Below, in pieces: positions 36,444-44,395 of a stretch of 44,395 bases of DNA (the first letter of the stretch is position 1; each line of letters starts with the position of its first letter). The notes under the pieces are model-generated. The model made no database searches and was not told the origin of the DNA. It saw only the letters and a program-made list of their open reading frames with translations. The position numbers were made by a program, and so were the translations under genes. Source of the DNA: Vicinamibacterales bacterium (lineage in GTDB: Bacteria; Acidobacteriota; Vicinamibacteria; Vicinamibacterales; UBA2999); NCBI GenBank assembly GCA_044238535.1, contig JBIIDF010000003.1:1-44395 (forward strand), written 5' to 3'.

Positions 36444-38510
36444 ATGACTGATCACTCTGCCCTCTCTCCCTCCGCGTCCATCGAGCGGCCGCACCTCGAC
36501 CCGGCGGTGGACTGGCGCCGGCTGGCGCATCTGTTCCTCGTGTCGCGTGCGCTCGACCACGTGGAAGAGACGCAGCTGCTGCCCGAGCGCAAGACGACCT
36601 ATCAGTTCTCGGCACGCGGGCACGAACTGGGTCAGCTGCTGCTGGGCGCGATGCTGACGCATCCGCACGATGCGGCTGGTGGCTACTACCGCTCGCGTCC
36701 GCTGATGCTGGCGCTGGGTCTATCGGCGGCTGACTCGCTGGCCGGCGGCATGGGCAAGAGCGGCGGGGTCAGTGAAGGACGCGACATTGGCGTCGTGCAC
36801 AACCATCCTTCCACGGGCGGTGCAACCGGTCTGCCCACCGCAGGTGGCGTGGGCACGCAGTACTCGACGTCAGCGGGCTGGGCCCGGGCGATCGCCTACT
36901 ATCGCGACACGCTGGGCGATGCGGCCTACACCGGTGCGCTGGCCGTGGCGCTGGGAGGCGACGGGTCGGTGGCCACCAACGGCTTCTGGTCGGCCCTGAC
37001 GGTGGCGACGACGCAGCGGCTGCCGATGCTGTTCTACATCGAAGATAACGCCTACGGACTGTCGGTACCATCGACGGTGCAGACACCGGGCGGCAACATC
37101 GCGCGCAATCTGGCGTCGTTCGGCCACCTGCAAATTTTCGACGGCGACGGCTGCGACCCCGTCGAGGCCGCCCACCTGATGCGCTCGGCCATCACTCACG
37201 TGCGCCGTGGCGATGGACCTGCACTGTTGCGTCTGACCATGCCCAGGCTGTCGGGTCACTCGGGGCAGGACACGCAGGCCTATAAGCCTTCGACCCTCGT
37301 GGCCGACGAGCAGTCTCGCGACCCGCTCGTGCGGCTGCGCGCGGCGATGGTGGGCGATGTCTGCACAGACGAGGAGTGGATGGCCATCGAGGCAGCGGCT
37401 GCGCGCGAGGTACGCGACGCGCTGACTGACGCCCTGTCGAGGCCCGATCCTGATGCCAGCCTGGTACTGCGGCATGTGTTCGCCGAGGGCGACGAGGCTC
37501 CGGACATCGTCGAACCCGAACCGGTCGTCGAGAACCCGGCGCGCATCAACATGCTGACCGCCATTCGCCGCACCCTCGACGTCGAGCTGTCGCTCAACCG
37601 CCACATGGTGGTGTTTGGCGAGGACATCGGCCCCAAAGGGGGCGTGCATGCGGCGACGCTCGGTCTGCAGGACAAGTACGGCGCGGGCCGCGTATTCGAT
37701 ACGAGCCTGTCCGAGGAAGGAATTATCGGCAACGCCGTGGGCATGGCCATCGCAGGACTGCGCCCGGTCGCGGAGATTCAGTTCCGCAAGTATGCCGATC
37801 CGGGTGCCGAGCAGATGCACGACTGCGGCACCATCCGCTGGCGTACCTCCAACCGGTTTGCCGCACCCATTGTCGTGCGCATTCCCGGCGGATTTGCGAA
37901 GGTCGGTGACCCCTGGCACAGCCAGTCGAACGAAGTGGAATGGGTGCACAACCCGGGCTGGCAGGTGGTCATGCCGTCGAATGCGGAAGACGCCGTCGGG
38001 CTGCTGCGCGCCGCCCTGCGGAGTCCGAACCCGACCATCTTCTTCGAACACCGCGCCATGCTCGATGCGCCGTGGGCCAGGCGACCCTATCCGGGTGACA
38101 CGTTCGTGGTGCCCATCGGCAAGGGGAAGATGGTGCAGACCGGCGAGCAGCTGACGGTGGTGACCTGGGGCGCGATGGTCGAACGGTGTGTGCAGGCCGT
38201 TGCTGTGGCCGGTGTGACGGCGGACATCATCGACCTGCGGTCGCTGGCCCCGTGGGACCGCGAGCTGGTGCTGTCGTCGGTGCGCCGCACGCGGCGCTGC
38301 CTCATCGTGCACGAAGACACCCTGACGGCCGGGACCGGCGCCGAGATAGCGGCGGTGGTGGCGCATGAGGGCTTCTTCGACCTTGATGCGCCCGTCACAC
38401 GGCTGGCTACGCCCGATGTGCCGTTGCCCTATAACACCACCCTGATGGATGCTGTGCTGCCATCGGTCGACGCCATCGTCGACCGCATGACGCACGTGCT
38501 GGGTTTCTAG
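36444..38510 (+). CDS. Fused E1 alpha/beta subunit of a 2-oxoacid dehydrogenase (BCKDH-like, TPP-dependent)
   Basis: GDG...EDN TPP motif, GHS..D, then a beta domain with GEDIG.KGGV, RVFDT.LSE.GI and PVAEIQF. Confidence 0.92.
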   Translation: MTDHSALSPSASIERPHLDPAVDWRRLAHLFLVSRALDHVEETQLLPERKTTYQFSARGHELGQLLLGAMLTHPHDAAGGYYRSRPLMLALGLSAADSLAGGMGKSGGVSEGRDIGVVHNHPSTGGATGLPTAGGVGTQYSTSAGWARAIAYYRDTLGDAAYTGALAVALGGDGSVATNGFWSALTVATTQRLPMLFYIEDNAYGLSVPSTVQTPGGNIARNLASFGHLQIFDGDGCDPVEAAHLMRSAITHVRRGDGPALLRLTMPRLSGHSGQDTQAYKPSTLVADEQSRDPLVRLRAAMVGDVCTDEEWMAIEAAAAREVRDALTDALSRPDPDASLVLRHVFAEGDEAPDIVEPEPVVENPARINMLTAIRRTLDVELSLNRHMVVFGEDIGPKGGVHAATLGLQDKYGAGRVFDTSLSEEGIIGNAVGMAIAGLRPVAEIQFRKYADPGAEQMHDCGTIRWRTSNRFAAPIVVRIPGGFAKVGDPWHSQSNEVEWVHNPGWQVVMPSNAEDAVGLLRAALRSPNPTIFFEHRAMLDAPWARRPYPGDTFVVPIGKGKMVQTGEQLTVVTWGAMVERCVQAVAVAGVTADIIDLRSLAPWDRELVLSSVRRTRRCLIVHEDTLTAGTGAEIAAVVAHEGFFDLDAPVTRLATPDVPLPYNTTLMDAVLPSVDAIVDRMTHVLGF

Positions 38511-38531
38511 CGGTCAGATACGGATTTCTCC

Positions 38532-39740
38532 ATGGCAACGATCGACATTCTCATGCCCGCCGATCAGGCGGAAGGGACCGAAGCCACCGTCGGCACCTGG
38601 CTCAAGCAGGTCGGCGACAGCGTGGCGCTGCACGAGCCGCTCGTGGAGATCACGACGGACAAGGTCAACATGGAAGTGCCGGCGCCAGCGGCCGGCGTGC
38701 TGGTCGAGGTGTGCTGTGCGGCGGGCACGCGTGTCGAGCCCGGCGCAGTGCTGGGCCGGCTGTCGACCGACCACACGGCTGCCATTCGCACCGACCAGGC
38801 GATGACGGCTGCGCCCCGTCCGGTGCCGGCGGTTATGCCGTCGACGGCGCCGCCAGCTGCCGCACTGGGACTCACCCCGGCCGTGCGGCAGCTCCTCAAA
38901 CAGCACCAGCTGGACGCCGCGCAGGTGCCGGCCACAGGGCCAGGCGGTCGCCTGACCCGCGAAGACGTTCTGGCGTTTGTCGAGCAGCGGCACGTGACCG
39001 ACGACAGCAGTGTCCCGGCCCCGGCTGGACGGCAGGCGCGTCCCTCGCGCCGCGTGCCTCATACCCCGATGCGGCGCAGCATCGCCAGCAACATGGCGCG
39101 CAGCCTCGCGGCGGCACCGCACGTGACGTCGGTGTTCGAGGCCGACATGTCGGCGATTCTCGCGGATCGCGAAGCCCGCAAGGCGGCGACGGGTGCGGCC
39201 CCGACAGTGACTGCCTATGTGGTGACGGCCGTGGTCACGGCGCTCTCCCGTGTGCCCGAAGTCAACAGTCGCTGGCATGAAGATGCCGTGGAAATTTTCG
39301 AGGACGTCAACATCGGCGTCGGTGTGGCGACCCCGGATGGCGGGTTGATCGCGCCGGTGATTCACGGCGCGCAGCATCTGTCACTCGAGGCGATTCATGC
39401 ACGGCTCGACGACGTGACCGTCCGTGCGCGCGCAGGCACGCTGTCGCAGGCGGATGTGTCGGGCGGCACCTTCACCATTTCCAATCATGGGGTCAGCGGC
39501 AGCCTGCTGGCGGCGCCCATCATCATCCCGCAGCCGCAGGCGGCGGTGCTGGGCGTGGGTGCCCTGCAGCGGCGGCCGGTGGTGCGGCTCATCGATGGCA
39601 CCGAAGCCATTGTGGTCAGGCCCATGGTGTATGTGACGCTGACCCTCGACCACCGCGTGCTTGATGCGCAGCAGTCGAACGCGTTCATGGTGGCGTGTGT
39701 CTCGGCGCTCGAGAGCCCGGTGAGTGCCGGGTCGAAGTAG
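38532..39740 (+). CDS. Dihydrolipoamide acyltransferase E2 of a 2-oxoacid dehydrogenase
   Basis: Lipoyl domain TDKV, PSBD TPAVR.L...ATGPGGRLT.EDV, catalytic TFTISN and DHRVLD. Confidence 0.94.
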   Translation: MATIDILMPADQAEGTEATVGTWLKQVGDSVALHEPLVEITTDKVNMEVPAPAAGVLVEVCCAAGTRVEPGAVLGRLSTDHTAAIRTDQAMTAAPRPVPAVMPSTAPPAAALGLTPAVRQLLKQHQLDAAQVPATGPGGRLTREDVLAFVEQRHVTDDSSVPAPAGRQARPSRRVPHTPMRRSIASNMARSLAAAPHVTSVFEADMSAILADREARKAATGAAPTVTAYVVTAVVTALSRVPEVNSRWHEDAVEIFEDVNIGVGVATPDGGLIAPVIHGAQHLSLEAIHARLDDVTVRARAGTLSQADVSGGTFTISNHGVSGSLLAAPIIIPQPQAAVLGVGALQRRPVVRLIDGTEAIVVRPMVYVTLTLDHRVLDAQQSNAFMVACVSALESPVSAGSK

Positions 39741-39749
39741 TCCGGCGGC

Positions 39750-40232
39750 ATGTCGGCGCTGGACGAACGCACGGCGCTTTTCAGCCCGTGCCGCCGCTAC
39801 CGCTACACGCTGTGGCGTCGCTGGGGAGGACGCCGGGGCTATGCGATGTTTGTCGGGCTCAATCCGAGTACGGCCGATGAAGAACGTGACGACCCGACGG
39901 TCCGTCGATGCATCGGCTACGCACGGGCCTGGGGTTACAGCGGACTGTGCATGACGAACATCTTTGCCTTTCGGGCGACCGACCCGGCGGTGATGCTTGC
40001 CGAACCGGACCCTGTTGGAGCCGACAACGACTACTGGCTCGTCGAATCGGCACGTCGTGCCGCGATCGTCGTAGCGGCGTGGGGGGTGCACGGCGCGCAT
40101 CGCGATCGGCACGCGCAGGTCAGGGCGCTGCTGCCCTCACTGCACCGGCTGCGCCTGACGATGCACGGCTATCCCGGTCATCCGCTGTATCTGCCGAAGG
40201 CCCTGAAGCCACGTGCGTGGCCGGCGGACTGA
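39750..40232 (+). CDS. DUF1643 domain-containing protein
   Basis: YRY.LWR.W, GLNPSTAD...DDPT.RRC, N.FA.RAT.P, AAWG and P.HPLY motifs. Confidence 0.9.
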   Translation: MSALDERTALFSPCRRYRYTLWRRWGGRRGYAMFVGLNPSTADEERDDPTVRRCIGYARAWGYSGLCMTNIFAFRATDPAVMLAEPDPVGADNDYWLVESARRAAIVVAAWGVHGAHRDRHAQVRALLPSLHRLRLTMHGYPGHPLYLPKALKPRAWPAD

Positions 40233-40247
40233 CCTCGCGTGTGCCGG

Positions 40248-41258
40248 CTAGGCACGAATCGCCCAGCGCATCTTGCAGGCGGCCGCACGGCGGTCGGCGC
40301 GTGTTTCTGCTTTCAGGGAGCGGAGGGGTGTGCGTGCGATGCGCGCGTAGAGTCCCCGGCGCAGCCCGTCGCCGAAGGCGTCGATGACACGCCGCTCCTC
40401 TCCTGAGTGAAACGTCAGGATCACGACACGCCCACCGGGGGCCAGGCAGTCGGGCAGCTGCGCGAGCAGGGCGTCGAGTGCTGCCAGTTCATCGTTGACG
40501 GCGATGCGGAGCGCCTGGAACGTGCGTCGTACAGAGCGTCTGATTTCGGGTCGTGTGAGCCCGAGGCCTGAGGCGTCGAGCCCGAGGCGGATGCGGCGTT
40601 CGAGGGCGTGCGTGGTGGTGATCGGGGCGTGTGTCAGCAGGTCGGCGATGCGCTGCGCGTGCGGCTCGTCGGCGTTGACTTCGAGCAACCGGGCCAGTGC
40701 GGCGGGGTCGAGCGAGGCCAGCCACTCGGCCGCCGTGCGGTTGCTGGACGGGTCGAGGCGCATGTCGAGCGGACCGACTCCGGTGAAGTGAAATCCGCGG
40801 GTCTCGTCGTCGAGCTGCAGCTGGGAGATGCCCAGGTCGACGAGGATGGACTGGGCCCTGTCCACGCCGCAGGCCTGCATGGTGCGGTGCAGATCACGGA
40901 AGGAGGCGTGCCGGGCGGTGAACTGCACGGAGGCCGGCACCTGCGCGCGGAGGCGGGGCGTGGCGACCGCGAGCGCGTGGGGATCGGCATCGACGGCGAG
41001 CAGATGCCCGCCGGGATCCAGCAGAGGCAGCAGTGCCGAGGCGTGCCCCCCGCCCCCCAGCGTGGCGTCGACGACGACATCGCCCGGGGCCGGGTGCAGG
41101 CATCGCAGCACCTCGGTGCAGAGCAGCGGGCGATGCGGGCTGGCGGCGAGGGCCGCGGCACAGGCCCGCCGGTGACGCGCGGGCGTCCTAGGGATCCCCG
41201 GGCGTGCGGGTGGAAAGATCTGGATGCGGTCGAGATGTTGCGGCGGCGTGGCAGACAT
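40248..41258 (-). CDS. rsmH: 16S rRNA m4C1402 methyltransferase RsmH/MraW-like (orphan, divergent)
   Basis: H.P....EV, DATLGGGGHA, DLGIS..QLD...RGF, GPLDMR, FQALRIAVNDEL and FHSGE motifs. Start uncertain. Confidence 0.85.
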   Translation of the reverse strand: MSATPPQHLDRIQIFPPARPGIPRTPARHRRACAAALAASPHRPLLCTEVLRCLHPAPGDVVVDATLGGGGHASALLPLLDPGGHLLAVDADPHALAVATPRLRAQVPASVQFTARHASFRDLHRTMQACGVDRAQSILVDLGISQLQLDDETRGFHFTGVGPLDMRLDPSSNRTAAEWLASLDPAALARLLEVNADEPHAQRIADLLTHAPITTTHALERRIRLGLDASGLGLTRPEIRRSVRRTFQALRIAVNDELAALDALLAQLPDCLAPGGRVVILTFHSGEERRVIDAFGDGLRRGLYARIARTPLRSLKAETRADRRAAACKMRWAIRA

Positions 41259-41302
41259 GGCGGCAGGCCACCCCGCGGGGCGGTGACCTGCCGCAGGGTA
41301 GC

Positions 41303-42730
41303 TCAGAACGTCTCGGACCCGTAGAACTCTCCGAGCAGCTCCTGTTCGCTGGGCCGATCGTCCGGGATTGTTCGGCTGACCCAGGTGGTGTTCATGTAGT
41401 GCTTCACGCTGATGTTCTCACTGGTGATGTTTCCACCCCAGGTGCCGCAGCCGAGGCTGGCGGTCATCGGCATGCCGTTGTCGAAGCTGCCGGCGTTTCC
41501 CCGCACGTTGGGCTGCCGCACCATGATGCGGCTGACGGGTGCCATGAGCGCGAGGCGGTGGATGTGGTCGTCGTTGAACGAGGCGATGCCCACCGAGTGC
41601 CCCTTGCCGCCGACCTCGAGAATGGCCGCGACCATCTCGAGCAGTGCATCAAAGGTGTCGTAGCGGAACGTGGCCAGCACGGGCGACAGCTTCTCGCCCG
41701 AGAATCGGTGCGCCTTTCCGACGTGGGCCTCTTCAACGATGATGAACGAGCGGTCATCGGGCAGGGCGATACCGGCCTTTGCCGCGATGACTGACGCGGC
41801 GCGTGCCACCGTGTCGAGTGTGCGGCGCCCTTCGCCGTCCCACATCACGGCTTCGAGCCGGGCCTTCTCCTCGGGGGAGGCGAGATAGCCGCCTTCGGCC
41901 TGGAGGTGGGTGAGGAAGGCGTCGTAGACCGTGCGGTCGATGAGCAGGTTGCCATCGCACGAGCAGCCCGAGCCGTGATTCTGCGTTTTGCTGATCCGCG
42001 TGTTCCTGGCGGCGTCGGCCAGGTCGGCGGTCTCGTCAACAACCACGGTGGCGTTGCCGGCACCGACGCCGTAGGCCGGTTTGCCTGAGCTGTAGGCGGC
42101 GCGCACCATGGCGGTGCCGCCGGTGGCGATGGTGAGGTCGCAGATGCCCATCAGGTGCTGCGCGAGGGGAATACTCGGCGTCTCGAGGCACAGCACGAGG
42201 TCGGCCGGGGCCCCCTGGCGCTCGAGTGCGGTGCGCAGGACCCGGGTGATTTCGAGGGCCGTGCGTCGGCTCATCGGATGCGGCGAGAAGATAACGGCGT
42301 CGCGGCACTTGACGGCGTTGATGGCCATGTTGACCATCGTGACGAGCGGGTTGGTGACGGGCAGGATGCCGGCGATGACCCCTGCGGGCTTGGCGTATTT
42401 GACGAGGCCTTTGACCGGGTCGTCTTCGATGATGCCGACGCTGGGCGTGCGGAGCGCATCGCGCAGGATGCCGAGAATCTTCCAACGGCGGGCGGGCACA
42501 CCATCGGCACTGCCCATGCCGCTTTCGTCGACGCTCATGCGCGTGAGCCGTCCGAAGGTGTCTTCATTGGCGGTGGCCCACGCCAGGGCGCGGCACAGGT
42601 GGTCGACCTGTGCCTGGTCGAAGGCGAAGGCGGTGGTCATGGCGGCGCGTGCGCGACCCAGCAGGTCGTGCGCGGCGCGCTGTTCATCGTCGGTGAGCGG
42701 TCGGGCCATCGTGGAACTAAGGGTAGACAT
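41303..42730 (-). CDS. CoA-acylating aldehyde dehydrogenase (AdhE-N/SauS/SucD-like)
   Basis: KPAGVI....P.TNP, SPHP, ATGG..MV.AAYSSGKPAYGVGAGN, catalytic Cys in GSGCSCD, EKLSPVL and SLGCGTWGGN motifs. Confidence 0.9.
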   Translation of the reverse strand: MSTLSSTMARPLTDDEQRAAHDLLGRARAAMTTAFAFDQAQVDHLCRALAWATANEDTFGRLTRMSVDESGMGSADGVPARRWKILGILRDALRTPSVGIIEDDPVKGLVKYAKPAGVIAGILPVTNPLVTMVNMAINAVKCRDAVIFSPHPMSRRTALEITRVLRTALERQGAPADLVLCLETPSIPLAQHLMGICDLTIATGGTAMVRAAYSSGKPAYGVGAGNATVVVDETADLADAARNTRISKTQNHGSGCSCDGNLLIDRTVYDAFLTHLQAEGGYLASPEEKARLEAVMWDGEGRRTLDTVARAASVIAAKAGIALPDDRSFIIVEEAHVGKAHRFSGEKLSPVLATFRYDTFDALLEMVAAILEVGGKGHSVGIASFNDDHIHRLALMAPVSRIMVRQPNVRGNAGSFDNGMPMTASLGCGTWGGNITSENISVKHYMNTTWVSRTIPDDRPSEQELLGEFYGSETF

Positions 42731-42822
42731 GTATGATTGTTAATGCAAGACTACGTCTTCTCAGGCATACTGCGAGGGCATGATGCCGCGTGCATGCGCG
42801 CGCGCATTCGGGAGCACTGGCG

Positions 42823-43662
42823 ATGACAGGACCGTCCGCGACCACAGAGGAACCGACTACGGCACCGGCCCAGGCGGCGACGCCCGCTGCGGGGATGGCT
42901 CCGTGGCGCACCGCGATCGCCGATTCACACGACGGACAGATTCGGCTGCGGGGCTACGACGTCACGGCGTTGATGGGTGGCCGCACGTTTGCCGACACGA
43001 TTTTCCTCCTGCACCAGGGACGGTTACCGTCGGACGCCGAGCGGCAGCTGCTCAATTCGATTCTGACGGCCTGTTCCGACCACGGACCCGGGTCCCCGTC
43101 GTGTGCCACGGCGCGGCTGGCTGCGTCCGGGAACCGGCAGTCGCTGTCGGCCGCCATTGCGGCAGGGATTCTCGCCATCGGGAACGACCACGGCGGCGCG
43201 GGCGAAGCCTGCATGGATGTCATCGCGGCCGGTGTGGCGCGCGTGCACCGGGACGGCGTATCAATGGACGAGGCAGCGGGCCTCGAGTTGGCGGCGATGC
43301 GGACGGACGGACGCCGGATGCCGGGGTTTGGTCATCGGGTGCATGCCGTCGACCCGCGCACCACGGTCCTGTTCGAGCAGGCGCGTCGCGGTCAGGTGGC
43401 GGGTGAGGGCGTGGCGTTTATCGAGGCCATGGATCGGGCGCTTCGGGCGAGCGGCAAGTCGCTGCCGATCAATATTGACGGGGCCCTGGCGGCGATTCTG
43501 CACGATCTCGGCTTTCCGCCGGCGTTCGGCAAGCTGGTGTTCATCATCGGCCGTGTGGCTGGCCTGTCGGCCGAAGTGCTCGAGGAGTACACGCGCGAGA
43601 AGCCGATGCGCATCCGGATTCCCGTGCAGTACGACGGGACCGGTCCTCGCGAATTGCCCTGA
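42823..43662 (+). CDS. Citryl-CoA lyase-like protein (short citrate synthase family)
   Basis: WRTAI, I.LRGYD, DHG, HGGAGE, PGFGHRVH..DPR and NIDGA motifs. Start uncertain (GGGAG SD before ATG 42823). Confidence 0.88.
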   Translation: MTGPSATTEEPTTAPAQAATPAAGMAPWRTAIADSHDGQIRLRGYDVTALMGGRTFADTIFLLHQGRLPSDAERQLLNSILTACSDHGPGSPSCATARLAASGNRQSLSAAIAAGILAIGNDHGGAGEACMDVIAAGVARVHRDGVSMDEAAGLELAAMRTDGRRMPGFGHRVHAVDPRTTVLFEQARRGQVAGEGVAFIEAMDRALRASGKSLPINIDGALAAILHDLGFPPAFGKLVFIIGRVAGLSAEVLEEYTREKPMRIRIPVQYDGTGPRELP

Positions 43663-43684
43663 CCGAGTCGAGGTCCCCTGAGCC

Positions 43685-44095
43685 ATGTCGCATCGGACCG
43701 ATCGCTTCATTCTGCTGCTTCTGACGGCGCTGGTCCTGATGCTGGGGGCGGCGCTGACGGGGGCCTATCAGCTCTTCGGCTACGCCCTCGTCGGTGCCAT
43801 TGGTGTGACGGCCGCGCTCGGGTTCGTGCGCAGGGGTGTCCCTCTCTCGTGGGCGCCGCCCGTGGCCGCCACCGCGGTGCTCCTCGCAGCCTTCATCGGC
43901 ATGTTCCGCTTCGAGCACGCGACGGTGGCGTCTCCTGCGGATACCTGGTGGGGCTTCCAGCCCGGGACCGCCTTTCTGATTTACGGCGTGTGGATTCCCG
44001 CGTTTTTCACGTTGGCCCTGGGTTACGCGCTGGTGTTTGACCGTATCGCGGCGGCTGAGGCAACCGCCCCAGACGAGGCACGTCGGCATGAGTGA
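43685..44095 (+). CDS. Small multi-TM membrane protein, probable accessory partner of the symporter
   Basis: About 4 hydrophobic segments. Overlaps the start of the SSS gene. Confidence 0.75.
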   Translation: MSHRTDRFILLLLTALVLMLGAALTGAYQLFGYALVGAIGVTAALGFVRRGVPLSWAPPVAATAVLLAAFIGMFRFEHATVASPADTWWGFQPGTAFLIYGVWIPAFFTLALGYALVFDRIAAAEATAPDEARRHE

Positions 44096-44395
44096 CCAGA
44101 CGCTGATCATCGCCATGATGGCCCTGACGATCGGGATTACCCTGGCCATCGGCATCCACTCGTATTTCGAGGCACGGACACAGCAGCAGTATTTCGCCTA
44201 CGGGCAGAACCTCCGATGGTTCGTGCTGGGATTGGCCACCTTCTCGACCGTCATGAGCGGGTTCGGCTTTGTCGGAGGCCCTGGTCTTGTCTACAGCCTC
44301 GGCAGCACCAGTTTCTGGATGACCTTCGCCGCGGCGCTGGGCATTCCCCTGTCGTTCGCGCTGGTGGGCCAGAAGCTGCATGCGCTGGCCGGGCC
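44088..44395 (+). CDS. Sodium:solute symporter (SSS family), 5' part, truncated by the window end
   Basis: Not in the ORF track. Translates as MSDQTLIIAMMALTIGITLAIG...YFAYGQNL.WFVLGLATFSTVMSGFGFVGGPGLVY, which carries an SSS signature. Confidence 0.85.
   Translation, partial: MSDQTLIIAMMALTIGITLAIGIHSYFEARTQQQYFAYGQNLRWFVLGLATFSTVMSGFGFVGGPGLVYSLGSTSFWMTFAAALGIPLSFALVGQKLHALAG

Noticed and set aside
14698-41291. Shared CGGTGACCTGC in two intergenic hairpins (14698 and 41281) as a REP-like family
   Set aside because: Only two 11-bp copies in GC-rich DNA, compatible with chance.

Overview
High-GC bacterial chromosomal window. The gene content (Oar-like TonB-dependent receptor, DUF5916 protein, Met-zincin protease) suggests Acidobacteriota, possibly Vicinamibacteria; this is inference only. 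I found no rRNA, tRNA, CRISPR array or transposase. There are four blocks. (1) 1-14.5 kb: envelope and housekeeping genes, namely a Met-zincin protease, DUF952, EVE, an MliC/YbaY-like protein, DUF5916, alpha/beta hydrolases, a PEBP protein, a lactate permease, a SurA-like PPIase and an MHS-type MFS transporter. (2) 14.8-25.9 kb: the most interesting block, containing a TonB-dependent receptor, two GT4 glycosyltransferases, a PHP phosphoesterase, an unknown membrane protein, a plant/yeast-type phospholipid N-methyltransferase, a phosphatidylserine decarboxylase-like enzyme, a GSA-aminomutase-like class III aminotransferase and an Mpo1/DUF962-like protein. Four of its promoters share 11-bp-periodic GTCAC-type direct repeats ending exactly 10 nt before a -10 hexamer (Pho-box geometry). 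This suggests an uncharacterised phosphate-starvation membrane-lipid remodelling system. (3) 25.9-40.2 kb: a phenylacetyl-CoA catabolic cluster (paaH, paaX, paaABCDE, paaG, paaJ, paaZ) with no paaK, continuing directly into a fused E1alpha-beta and E2 2-oxoacid dehydrogenase. (4) 40.2-44.4 kb: an orphan rsmH-like gene, and an acylating aldehyde dehydrogenase divergent from a citryl-CoA lyase-like gene, a small membrane protein and a truncated sodium:solute symporter. Many genes appear leaderless. All family calls come from motif recognition by eye, not from database searches.
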